Assembly: GCA_963934255.1 (NCBI GenBank)
Contig: CAWVXU010000025.1
Span: forward strand, 1-30,000
Reading direction: 5' to 3'
DNA length: 30,000 nt
DNA from: an uncultured Fibrobacterales bacterium
GTDB lineage: Bacteria; Fibrobacterota; Fibrobacteria; Fibrobacterales; CAWVXU01
The notes under the pieces are model-generated. The model had not been told where the DNA came from, ran no database searches, and saw only the letters and a program-made list of their open reading frames with translations. Of the stretch, positions 8,672 to 17,518 are shown piece after piece. The stretch's first letter is position 1. Each line of letters starts with the position of its first letter. The translations under genes were made by a program, and so were the position numbers.

Positions 8672-9655
8672 ATGGCATCAATTAATTTTGCTACGCGTGA
8701 AATTAACTGTAAAATTGTCTACTATGGCCCAGGCCTTAGTGGTAAAACTACCAATCTCCAAGTCATTCACCAAAAGCTTCCTCAAGATAAGCGAAGTGAT
8801 ATGGTCTCCCTAGCTACAGAGCAAGATAGAACCTTGTTTTTTGATTTTTTACCCCTCGATTTAGGCTCTATTAAAGGCTTTAAGACAAAGTTCCAATTAT
8901 ATACTGTTCCTGGTCAGGTGTATTATAATTCAACTCGTAAGCTAGTGCTTCGTGGTGTTGATGGTGTTGTGTTTGTCGCTGACTCTCAAAAAAACAGAAT
9001 GGCTGAAAATTTAGAGTCATTGCAAAATTTATCTCAAAATTTAAAAGAATATGGTTTTGATTTAGAACAAATCCCATACGTACTGCAATACAACAAGCGT
9101 GATATGCCAGATGTGTTTACTGTCGATGAGCTCAATGCAAGATTAAATCCTGGAAATATTGCGTATTATGAAGCGGTTTCACACGTCGGCAGAGGTGTTG
9201 TAGCGACCCTTAAAGCTGTCTCCAAAAAAGTAATTGATAAATTTAATAAACGCCAGTCTTCAATTGGTGGAGGGACGCCTCCTGCTCGAGCTACTACTTT
9301 GAATAAGAAGCCTACTTCTGCAGGATCCCCCTCATCATTATCTCCAAGTAAAACTGATCTCAAGCCAGTCAAGGAATCTATTCAACCCAAGCCTGTAACT
9401 AACGATGATTTATTAGATTTGAGAGCTCCAGAACCTTCTCCCGCAACTAAAGTTCCAAGCCCAAGCTCTTTGGGTGATATATCAAGAGTGGGTGATTCAA
9501 GTTCTACTCCAAATCCCTTTGCTCCTAAAAAGCCCCAAGGTCATGAAGAGAAGTCAACTTTAGACAAAAAAGATGACAAAAAAGATGACAATAGAGCGAA
9601 TGAAGAGATTGAAGACATTGAGCTTAGGCCTTATGTTCCAAAGAGTGATAAATGA
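8672..9655 (+). CDS. mglA: MglA-family small Ras-like GTPase with a ~130-aa low-complexity C-terminal extension
   Basis: [31 protein letters not shown] (R53), TVPGQV (Q82) and NKRD, colinear with Myxococcus MglA. Confidence 0.93.
   Translation: MASINFATREINCKIVYYGPGLSGKTTNLQVIHQKLPQDKRSDMVSLATEQDRTLFFDFLPLDLGSIKGFKTKFQLYTVPGQVYYNSTRKLVLRGVDGVVFVADSQKNRMAENLESLQNLSQNLKEYGFDLEQIPYVLQYNKRDMPDVFTVDELNARLNPGNIAYYEAVSHVGRGVVATLKAVSKKVIDKFNKRQSSIGGGTPPARATTLNKKPTSAGSPSSLSPSKTDLKPVKESIQPKPVTNDDLLDLRAPEPSPATKVPSPSSLGDISRVGDSSSTPNPFAPKKPQGHEEKSTLDKKDDKKDDNRANEEIEDIELRPYVPKSDK
9563..9591 (+). repeat. 12-bp in-frame tandem repeat GACAAAAAAGAT x2.4 (DKKD) in the MglA tail
   Basis: Read directly from the sequence. 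Confidence 0.85.
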
Positions 9656-10071
9656 CCGATATAATACTATCAGCGGATCAATCACATATTCTAACAGCGT
9701 TACTTAATAAGATTCACAAAGAATCAAAAGCCGCGTTTACTCTTCTTAATCACTCTGCGGGCAATACTATTGCGCAGGTAGGTCAATATCCAGGTCCTGA
9801 TTCAAGTGTTTTTTCAGCACTAGCCTCAGCGTCCTATGCGTCCATCTCGAGTATAATTAGTTCACTAGGTGATGAGATGTTTGATTCAATGAATTTACGA
9901 TGCAAAAAATGGACTCTCTGTATATTGCCGATTAATATGAGCGTTCAATTAGTTTTTATATTCGAGTCTGCTAATTTGCCCATTCTCACTAAAACATTAA
10001 TATCCGAATGGAAAACCAATTTAGAAGAAGTGATCCATTTTTTTGGACAAACATCTCAAATTAGACAATGA
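9652..10071 (+). CDS. mglB: Roadblock/LC7 (MglB-like) protein
   Basis: [25 protein letters not shown]...I...LGD..F pattern; ATGA overlap with mglA. Confidence 0.75.
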   Translation: MTDIILSADQSHILTALLNKIHKESKAAFTLLNHSAGNTIAQVGQYPGPDSSVFSALASASYASISSIISSLGDEMFDSMNLRCKKWTLCILPINMSVQLVFIFESANLPILTKTLISEWKTNLEEVIHFFGQTSQIRQ

Positions 10072-10520
10072 AGCCTAGTTGGTCCCTTATAAGACGTCTG
10101 AGGAAATCAATAATTTTTTTAGTCCTACTTGTAGTTATATTAACTGCTAAACGCGGTTGTGAAGACATTCAGGCTCGTGCAGCTTCAACTCTGGGTAAGC
10201 CTAATCTATCTCATTCTTTGTATCATACAGAATTAATTTTAAGTAAAAAAATCATCAAAAATAAGCCACTTGGTCTTTTGTCTGATTTTGTTGAATCAGA
10301 CAAAAGATTGCATTTGTTTTTTAAAAGAAATACATATCCAGAGCTCATTCATATTTATTGGTATCAAGATGGGTTACAAATTACTCAAACAACCTGTTCT
10401 GCTAAAGAAGAAAATTGTATCTCATCTTTAAACCCAAAAATGTCTAAACCAGGTTTTTGGAGTATTGATGTTATTCAAAACGAATTTTTAATTGCAAGTA
10501 AACAATTTGAGATACAATGA
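10068..10520 (+). CDS. Membrane-anchored protein with an Ig-like (DUF2914-like) C-terminal domain
   Basis: N-terminal TM helix; I.IYWYQDG ... GFWSIDV....LIASKQFEI; ATGA overlaps at both ends. Confidence 0.55.
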   Translation: MKPSWSLIRRLRKSIIFLVLLVVILTAKRGCEDIQARAASTLGKPNLSHSLYHTELILSKKIIKNKPLGLLSDFVESDKRLHLFFKRNTYPELIHIYWYQDGLQITQTTCSAKEENCISSLNPKMSKPGFWSIDVIQNEFLIASKQFEIQ

Positions 10521-10849
10521 GATATTTAATTTACTTAATACTATTTCCCATCCTTATCTATTCAAAAACAGAGTTTGATTGGAGTGTTAATTCCAAACCT
10601 GAGATTGTCAAAAAAGTAAGAGGTTCTTCAAGAATTCTTTTCTCCTTATTGATTCCTGAGTATTGGACAGTTATGGTACGAGCGGCATACCCAAATATTG
10701 AATTAATCAAAGTTGGAGACGTTTTTTATCTATGCCTAGAGGGTGGGCGACAAATTGTTTTTCGAGAAAATTTTAATCGTTTATATTTTATTGAAGAAAA
10801 CCTTTGTTCTTATGGCCTAGTTGATATAAAAGCTAAAGCTAATTATTGA
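10517..10849 (+). CDS. Hypothetical exported protein
   Basis: Signal-peptide-like N-terminus (MRYLIYLILFPILIYS); coupled to both neighbours. Confidence 0.65.
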   Translation: MRYLIYLILFPILIYSKTEFDWSVNSKPEIVKKVRGSSRILFSLLIPEYWTVMVRAAYPNIELIKVGDVFYLCLEGGRQIVFRENFNRLYFIEENLCSYGLVDIKAKANY

Positions 10850-13800
10850 TGAAACACATAGTTCGTTTAAACTTCTTTCATCAAGTATTTAACTTCATTG
10901 TATTTTGCCAATTATTTCTATTTAAAGCCACATATACTCAAGATTCAACTTTTTATTTTTATGATAGCTCTCTAGTGCCTATTGAGCGTGAATATCCGAA
11001 TGAAATTGGAAGTGGCCTTGAAACGAAGCATAGCCATTCTTTGTCAGACTCTTCAGGTGTTTCGGGCTTAATGCCTTTGGTTATTCATGGTGAAAAATCA
11101 TTTCGTATTGATGCGTCTAATCAATCTAATATTTCACAAGGGTTGAGACTAAATGTGCATGGGCGGATTGATTCTAATATTTATCTCGAAGCAAGGCTGT
11201 CAGACCAAGATCGGCCTTTAGAATTGCAAGAACAGAGCGGAACTCTCAAAGAGTTTGATGATGTTTTTGTGAAATTAAAGCATGATAACGGTAGCTTAGA
11301 GTTAGGTGATGTTGAATCAAAATTTAATATAGGATTAAGAGGTCAATGGGAGCAATCAATGCGAGGTTTGTTGGTGCAAACAAACTTTAAGCCTTCTCTT
11401 GAATTTGAAAGCAGAAGCCAATTCACTTTAGGCAGCTCCAAATTGGCCTTTGAAAGACTTACACTCCTCACTAAAGAGGGGCAACAGGGTGGGTATGTAA
11501 TCACCTCTTCGCAAGGCGATATTCTTAAAGTCAAGCCTGGAACTGAAAAAGTCTGGTTGGATGGTGTTAAATTAGAGGTTTTTAAAGATTATGAAATAGA
11601 TTATTTTGAAGGAATTTTACATTTTACTAGTTCAAGATTAATGGCAGAAAACCAGTTAGTTGAAATTGAATTTGAAAACTGGAATTCTCAAAGCCTACAA
11701 TCATATATTGGGTTTTCTCAAGAATTAATTAGTTCAAAACACACAATTGGGGCTTGGGATTTTCAAGTGGAATCAAAAAATGATTTAGAGGGACTAAATA
11801 AAATTTTTTATCTCACCAACAATGAACAAATTGATTCATTAAAGTCAGGAACAGTTCAAGTTTATCAACTTATTAATGGTATATATCAATTTGTCAAAAA
11901 AGAAAACTATCAAATAGGTGATACACTTTATCAGAAGAATTTTCATGTGAATGTTCAAGGCGAGTATAGAGTGGTTGAGCAGTTTGATGAGGATTATTAT
12001 GAATTTGTGGGGCCAGGCCTTGGCTTTTTCTCTCCTGAAGAATTAGATGGTCAAAAACAAAACCAAAATAAAAAATGGAGGTGGTCAGGGCTCAATTATA
12101 GTTGGACTCCAAATGAATTTATTTATTTTGACACTGAAGTCGACCATACGAGTATAGTTGATACTAACCAAAACAAAAATGGGGCAAGTCGTTATTATTT
12201 TAAAATGGGTAATCATAGAGATACTCAAATCGGTAGTAGTGTACCACTGGTGTTAGAATTGACTTCAACATATAAAGAACCAGAATTTGAGGCTTTAACT
12301 CCCACAATCAATAGCTATGAACTTTGGGATATATGGCACATTTCTCAAAAAAATGAAACAGAAAATTTATCCTTACATCAAGGTCAATTAATTTTTAATC
12401 CTAATCGTTTTTGGCAACATTCAATTGAGGTTCAAAATCTACAAATAATTGATTCAAACAAACAATTCAATTCTAAAAGGTGGGAGTTAGAAAATCTCGC
12501 TAAAATGAGTTGGTTAGATTTAAAAATGAATCAATATGGGATGCATCAACATAATGATATTACTGATTCAATAGAATATGAGGAGTGGGGCTATCAACTT
12601 CAAACTAATTTTAAAACAAATAATTGGACACCGACTCTTGGCACCCAAGTTGAGCGAAGAAGAGATGACAGTACTTTCTGGGAAGAAAGGCTTTTTGCTA
12701 AGTTAGGTTTCCAAAATTTAATCTTTAATAATCTAAGGCATTCTCAAAAAATTGGCGGAGAGCTCCGTAAAGTTTTTGAAGGTAATTACGGGTCAGCTAG
12801 AGATAGCCTCAAGTCAATAGAATTACAACATGACTTATCTTTGTCAAATGATCAAGGGTATCAGTTTCAAGAATACACCCGTTGGCGGCAAAGTGAGTTA
12901 ACATGGTTGACAGGACAAGATTTTATTTTTTGGAATAGTCAGTGGACTCAATCACTATGGAGCAATCAAAGCCCTATTGAAGGGAGTTTACATTACGAAG
13001 TAGAAAGTACTCAGGAAAATCATTTAATCCCCTTGTATAAAAGCGTACCTGATGGGACGGGTGATGTTGTCTATGATTCTATCGTCGATAATTATATTCA
13101 TAATGTTGATCGAGGCGATTTTAAATTATTAGGGTTTGGTCGAGATTCAAATGCATCCAATTTATTTCTAAGAAAGGTGAAGACGAATATTCATTTACGT
13201 TCTGTCTTGTCAAATTTGTTAGGAGTTAAAAAAGGGTTTTTCGCATATAGTCGAGTTGGTTTACAAGTAGATTTGAGCACTGCAGACTCGTCAGACAGTC
13301 ATAGATGGCTTCCCGAGTATAATGAATCTAATTTTAATCAACTCTATGATGCAAGTATTGAACGAACTCTATATTATGTTTTAGAAAAAGATAAAAATAG
13401 ATTTTCCATCGAAAGCAATCAATTGCATTCAAAAACAAATGGATTTGCATCCGCTAATTCTTCACTAATAAAATACGAATTGGGTGGACGTTATTTTGTG
13501 CTACCCATTGTGTCAATACAACCTAAGTATATCAATCAATCTCAACATCAAGATGGCTCAGGTTTTTGGAAATTTGATCAATGGATTCCGATGATTGAAT
13601 ATGAATTTTATTCGTATTTTTATTTAACTCCTTTTCTATCAATAAAAAAGGGGGAATACTCCAAATCTCAAGAAAGTCTTCAATTTTACAGTCAAGCAGA
13701 AGGTTTAAAGTTCCGATATCAAAGATCGAATTTAGGACTTTCAAGTTTTGAATTTAAAAGAGTCAAATTGAATACTGGAGAATACCCTTATGAGCTAAGT

Positions 13801-13956
13801 AATGGGTATGCTCCTGGAGAGAATTTTGAATTCAAAAATTACAGCTCAATACGATTTGGTCAATGGTTTTATATAGACTCTGATTTTCTTATGGTCTGGG
13901 GCCAAAATCAAAAGACTTGGAGCAGATTAATGCTCAGTGCTCGGGCGGTTTTTTAA
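10849..13956 (+). CDS. Large (~1035 aa) putative outer-membrane beta-barrel protein of an uncharacterised FCB-type family
   Basis: Signal peptide; C-terminal LSARAVF beta-signal; aromatic-rich strands; motifs GEKSF..QGLRL..LSDQDRP..EFDDVFV..LELGD and GTEKVWLDG..DYEIDY.EG.L.F; TGATG overlap places the start at 10849. Confidence 0.75.
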   Translation: MKHIVRLNFFHQVFNFIVFCQLFLFKATYTQDSTFYFYDSSLVPIEREYPNEIGSGLETKHSHSLSDSSGVSGLMPLVIHGEKSFRIDASNQSNISQGLRLNVHGRIDSNIYLEARLSDQDRPLELQEQSGTLKEFDDVFVKLKHDNGSLELGDVESKFNIGLRGQWEQSMRGLLVQTNFKPSLEFESRSQFTLGSSKLAFERLTLLTKEGQQGGYVITSSQGDILKVKPGTEKVWLDGVKLEVFKDYEIDYFEGILHFTSSRLMAENQLVEIEFENWNSQSLQSYIGFSQELISSKHTIGAWDFQVESKNDLEGLNKIFYLTNNEQIDSLKSGTVQVYQLINGIYQFVKKENYQIGDTLYQKNFHVNVQGEYRVVEQFDEDYYEFVGPGLGFFSPEELDGQKQNQNKKWRWSGLNYSWTPNEFIYFDTEVDHTSIVDTNQNKNGASRYYFKMGNHRDTQIGSSVPLVLELTSTYKEPEFEALTPTINSYELWDIWHISQKNETENLSLHQGQLIFNPNRFWQHSIEVQNLQIIDSNKQFNSKRWELENLAKMSWLDLKMNQYGMHQHNDITDSIEYEEWGYQLQTNFKTNNWTPTLGTQVERRRDDSTFWEERLFAKLGFQNLIFNNLRHSQKIGGELRKVFEGNYGSARDSLKSIELQHDLSLSNDQGYQFQEYTRWRQSELTWLTGQDFIFWNSQWTQSLWSNQSPIEGSLHYEVESTQENHLIPLYKSVPDGTGDVVYDSIVDNYIHNVDRGDFKLLGFGRDSNASNLFLRKVKTNIHLRSVLSNLLGVKKGFFAYSRVGLQVDLSTADSSDSHRWLPEYNESNFNQLYDASIERTLYYVLEKDKNRFSIESNQLHSKTNGFASANSSLIKYELGGRYFVLPIVSIQPKYINQSQHQDGSGFWKFDQWIPMIEYEFYSYFYLTPFLSIKKGEYSKSQESLQFYSQAEGLKFRYQRSNLGLSSFEFKRVKLNTGEYPYELSNGYAPGENFEFKNYSSIRFGQWFYIDSDFLMVWGQNQKTWSRLMLSARAVF

Positions 13957-15221
13957 TGGCAGTAATGATTTTTGTAATGTGGCTATTGCAATGGGCTTAC
14001 AGTGATTCCTGCAGTGTTGCTCGAGAAAATTCATGGATTGAGCTTCGCAAAGAGGTAAATGATGGTAGAATATTTAGTAAGGTTAGCTGGGATGGAGGCT
14101 CGTGTCTAGGACAAATGATTCCATCAGAAAATTATTTATTAGGTGAATTTAGATTACGAGGAGATATTGACTTAGACTCAAGTTCCTTAGTATTGATGAG
14201 TGAGGCATCAACTACTCATATCGAAGATGCCATTAATCAAAGAGTCTATTATATATTGAACCAAGGTTATTTTGATTTTTTATCGAGTGAAATCAAACGC
14301 GACTCAAGTAGGAATTTAATTTACCCTTATCTTTACTTGAAAGAATTACCACGAAGTCAAATTGAATTTATTGCTCTAAAAAATGACGATTCATACCAAG
14401 GCCAATCTTATCTTCAATTTCATAATATCGCTTCAAATGGATTAGATTTTGAATTTTGGTGGCTGTCAAATGAGTCACTTCGAGAAATTGAAACAATACT
14501 TAGAAAACGGTATGTTCTGGGAACTCATTTTGAACTCGCGGCTACATTTCAAAGTCAAAGTCTTGATTCAACGAGTAGTTTTAGCAAAGTCGGTGTTCAA
14601 CTCACCAGAAACACCTATGGCTTCCACAAATATGGTATGATATTTAATAAGTACTTTGTCCGTGATGTGAATAAAGTCAATATCAATGAGACAGGGGTTA
14701 AATATCAATGGAAAAAAACAATTAAACTACGAAGTCCCATTCATCAAGAATTTACTTGGCTTCTGCTCTATGGCGAGGACTTTCAGGGGGCTGAATCCCT
14801 ACAATATATGTCTCAGGAGTGGCGGATTAATCAACCAATATCCTGGTTAACTCCAAATCTGATTTATAAGTTTTATGGTGGGTACCAGCATTTCTTTCAG
14901 GGTGAAATTGGTCAATGGTCTTACTTTCAGCCTAAATACCTGGATTATTTAAGGGTATTACCTATTGATCAATTGGGGAGCCAAAACTATTTTGCTCATT
15001 CAATTGAATATTGGTGGATCAACTCTAATGATCAAGGAATTGCAATAATTACAGAATTTGATGAATGGAGTCGTGCCCAATGGCAAAAAAAATGGGGATA
15101 TGGCCTAAGTTGGTCACTTTATCAAGGTAAAAGTTGGTATTTTTCTGGTTCTTGGGTTTTCGCTTGGCAGGAGTCCTTCGAAATTAGTAGGATTAAGGTC
15201 TCAGTAGTAAACAGTTTTTGA
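13956..15221 (+). CDS. Putative outer-membrane barrel protein, possibly a divergent Omp85/TamA-like protein
   Basis: TAATG overlap gives the start MAVMIFVMWLLQWAYS (signal peptide); GYGLSW strand; C-terminal SRIKVSVVNSF. Confidence 0.6.
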   Translation: MAVMIFVMWLLQWAYSDSCSVARENSWIELRKEVNDGRIFSKVSWDGGSCLGQMIPSENYLLGEFRLRGDIDLDSSSLVLMSEASTTHIEDAINQRVYYILNQGYFDFLSSEIKRDSSRNLIYPYLYLKELPRSQIEFIALKNDDSYQGQSYLQFHNIASNGLDFEFWWLSNESLREIETILRKRYVLGTHFELAATFQSQSLDSTSSFSKVGVQLTRNTYGFHKYGMIFNKYFVRDVNKVNINETGVKYQWKKTIKLRSPIHQEFTWLLLYGEDFQGAESLQYMSQEWRINQPISWLTPNLIYKFYGGYQHFFQGEIGQWSYFQPKYLDYLRVLPIDQLGSQNYFAHSIEYWWINSNDQGIAIITEFDEWSRAQWQKKWGYGLSWSLYQGKSWYFSGSWVFAWQESFEISRIKVSVVNSF

Positions 15222-15231
15222 GGTAATCAAT

Positions 15232-16092
15232 TTGAGCGAATTAAATCGCACCATTAATGAAACATTGAATTTTAAGGGTTTTACCAAATTTTTAACAGAC
15301 TCTAGAAGCTACCTCCCCTGGGGTAATTTCTTTTCTCTATTGGGTGGTTTCACGGGTTTGGGGCTAGCTTTTGTTTTATTGTTCATATATCAACTATTTC
15401 AAACCCCATTAGAGCGCGATATTGGCGTTTTCTCTTTAGCCCTGAGTCCGCTTTTCATTTTTATTACCGTTGTTCTCATTGTTGGTTTTATGGGTCTTTT
15501 GGGTTCTATCGCAGTCTTTCTTTCTGAAAGAGTCAATATGATTGAGAATCAACTACTTGATGTCAAAGACAAATCCGAGACCGACCCGCTTTCTGGTTTG
15601 TGTAATCGTCGTAGTTTTATGCGAATGATGGATACCGAGTTACATCGACAGTCCCGACTTAAGAATCAAGGCGAAATGGCTCTTATTTTCATTGATATTG
15701 ACCACTTCAAACTCGTGAATGATACACACGGGCATCATGCTGGTGATATTGTCATTCAATTGTTGTCCAAATTTCTAGAACAAGCGTGCAGACCATATGA
15801 TACTGTGGCTAGATGGGGTGGGGAAGAAATAGTCATTCTTACTCCTCAAACATCTGAAGATCAATCGGTGCGTTTTGCAGAGCGTATCCGCAGTGGTATT
15901 GAGGCTCTTGACATTGATGCTGAAGGTCAAACAATCCCTATTACCGTTAGTATTGGTGTAGCGTTATATTTATCAAATGGTGAAGAAATGAGTGAGTTTA
16001 TCGATCGAGCAGACTCTATGCTTTACAAAGCAAAAAATTGTGGTCGAAATCGAGTTGAAATTTCATTAAGTGATCAAGCAGTTAAGCAATAA
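15232..16092 (+). CDS. Membrane-anchored diguanylate cyclase (GGDEF domain)
   Basis: Two TM helices; DPLSGL.NRR, DIDHFK.VND.HGH..GD, RPYD I-site and GGEEI A-site; SD GAGGT overlaps the upstream stop. Confidence 0.93.
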   Translation: MSELNRTINETLNFKGFTKFLTDSRSYLPWGNFFSLLGGFTGLGLAFVLLFIYQLFQTPLERDIGVFSLALSPLFIFITVVLIVGFMGLLGSIAVFLSERVNMIENQLLDVKDKSETDPLSGLCNRRSFMRMMDTELHRQSRLKNQGEMALIFIDIDHFKLVNDTHGHHAGDIVIQLLSKFLEQACRPYDTVARWGGEEIVILTPQTSEDQSVRFAERIRSGIEALDIDAEGQTIPITVSIGVALYLSNGEEMSEFIDRADSMLYKAKNCGRNRVEISLSDQAVKQ

Positions 16093-16183
16093 TAGCTAAA
16101 TTACCCTCTTTCTTTGACATCCCAAATAGAGGATTGTAGTTACATCAATAAACAAAGTCATATATTGATATTTATGCTGTCAA

Positions 16184-16356
16184 GTTCACTCAATAAGTGA
16201 TAGGATATGAAACTCGTATAACTCCTGTTAGAGAAGACTCATCAAAAAAATGTCGAGGAAATTCATTCAACTAGAGAAGTTGTTTCCTGAATACTTAAAC
16301 AACTAGAACGTCGAAAATTCATTCAATTAGGTCGTAATAAAATTGAACTATTGTGA
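16184..16356 (+). pseudogene. Decayed remnant of a Crp/Fnr-family regulator (C-terminal HTH)
   Basis: 16237-16356 reads THQKNVEEIHSTREVVS*ILKQLERRKFIQLGRNKIELL* with in-frame TGA at 16288-16290; VHSISDRI* lies upstream in another frame. Confidence 0.8.
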
Positions 16357-16484
16357 CAGAACAATGAGTGATGTTATAACTCATATAGATGGAAAAATTC
16401 AGGTTAATTGGTGCAATGATGACTGAAATTGAAGAAAAAGAGTTTTTTTTCAAATTCAAAAGGAATGATATATAAATTTAATAC

Positions 16485-17321
16485 ATGAAATGTTTATTAC
16501 TGATATTATTAGTCTCACAGATTTATTCAAAAGTATCTTTTGACCCTTCACAGATAGTTTCAAAAATTGACTTGAATCTCAAATTTACGGATTCAGAATC
16601 AAGGCCTCAATCACTCGGCGGCTACTTCAATGAAGCTCCTCAAGCGGTTCATCTGGTCCAATTCGTCTATTTTAACTGTGGGTCGATCTGTTCTCCGTTT
16701 ATAAATGAGACTATTTTTAGTTTAAGAGCGATTCAACCTGACCTTATCTTAGGGCGTGATTTTACACTAAATACAATATCAATAAACCCTACTGAGTCAA
16801 GTTCACTTGCTGCCGATAAAAAACAAAACTATTTAAAAGAATACCATAGTCAATTTGGTCAAAGCGCCAGCTCTGCCAGCCCTGCCAGCCCTGCCAATAG
16901 GACTAATTTATCACATCTCACCAGCGAGCAAATCAAAAGTTGGCGTTTCCTCGTAAGTGATAGCCTAACTGTATCAAGAATAACGAGTTCACTAGGTTTC
17001 TTTTTTGACCCTATTGGTGATAAAGATTATAATCACAAAGCGGTTATGTTCTTTGTCAATACACAAGGTGATTTAATTGATTTTATCAAAGGACCCATGT
17101 TGTATCCTTTAGAAGTCAAGATGAAGGTTTGGGGAATTCAAGGGGGTGTATCTTCAATTATCAAAATGAAATATTATAAATGGTTTTATACTAAAAATGA
17201 AACTGCAGGGAAATACGAACTAATTACGGTCAAGCTAGTTGTACTGTCTGGGATAACGTTCATTTTGTTCATTCTGTTTTTATTTAGAATGAAGCGCATA
17301 GTTACTTCTAAAAGGAACTGA
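16485..17321 (+). CDS. SCO1/SenC family copper chaperone
   Basis: YFNCGSIC (CxxxC), TISINPTE, WRFL, distal His in YNHKA; signal peptide and C-terminal TM. Confidence 0.88.
   Translation: MKCLLLILLVSQIYSKVSFDPSQIVSKIDLNLKFTDSESRPQSLGGYFNEAPQAVHLVQFVYFNCGSICSPFINETIFSLRAIQPDLILGRDFTLNTISINPTESSSLAADKKQNYLKEYHSQFGQSASSASPASPANRTNLSHLTSEQIKSWRFLVSDSLTVSRITSSLGFFFDPIGDKDYNHKAVMFFVNTQGDLIDFIKGPMLYPLEVKMKVWGIQGGVSSIIKMKYYKWFYTKNETAGKYELITVKLVVLSGITFILFILFLFRMKRIVTSKRN
16866..16896 (+). repeat. 9-bp in-frame tandem repeat (GCCAGCYCT x3.4) inside the SCO gene
   Basis: gccagctct gccagccct gccagccct gcca, encoding ASSASPASPA. Confidence 0.9.
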
Positions 17322-17323
17322 TT

Positions 17324-17518
17324 ATGATTTTAGATCAATTTATTGGAGGCTTTTTTTTATTGATACTAATCAGCTCATATTTCTGGGCCATTAAGGTGAG
17401 TTGGTTGTGCTATCAAGCCAAGCGCAGTTTAACTGAGCTCTCTTGGATTTGGTTTAGTTTAATTCTTGTGACATTATTTTTAGGTTTCGGCTATTCTGTT
17501 AGATGGGGAAACTTTTGA
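17324..17518 (+). CDS. Small two-TM membrane protein
   Basis: SD AAGGA; two hydrophobic segments; fills the SCO-cyoE gap. Confidence 0.6.
   Translation: MILDQFIGGFFLLILISSYFWAIKVSWLCYQAKRSLTELSWIWFSLILVTLFLGFGYSVRWGNF

Noticed and set aside
16114..16142. TTGACA promoter ahead of the Crp remnant
   Set aside because: The hexamer at 17 nt is TAGTTA, lacking the conserved final T
16288..16290. In-frame TGA as recoding (Sec or Trp)
   Set aside because: It falls at a conserved Arg position amid other lesions, and TGA is a normal stop elsewhere in the window
16389..16475. 28-aa ORF MEKFRLIGAMMTEIEEKEFFFKFKRNDI upstream of SCO
   Set aside because: No SD or recognisable motif; cannot be distinguished from chance or decayed sequence
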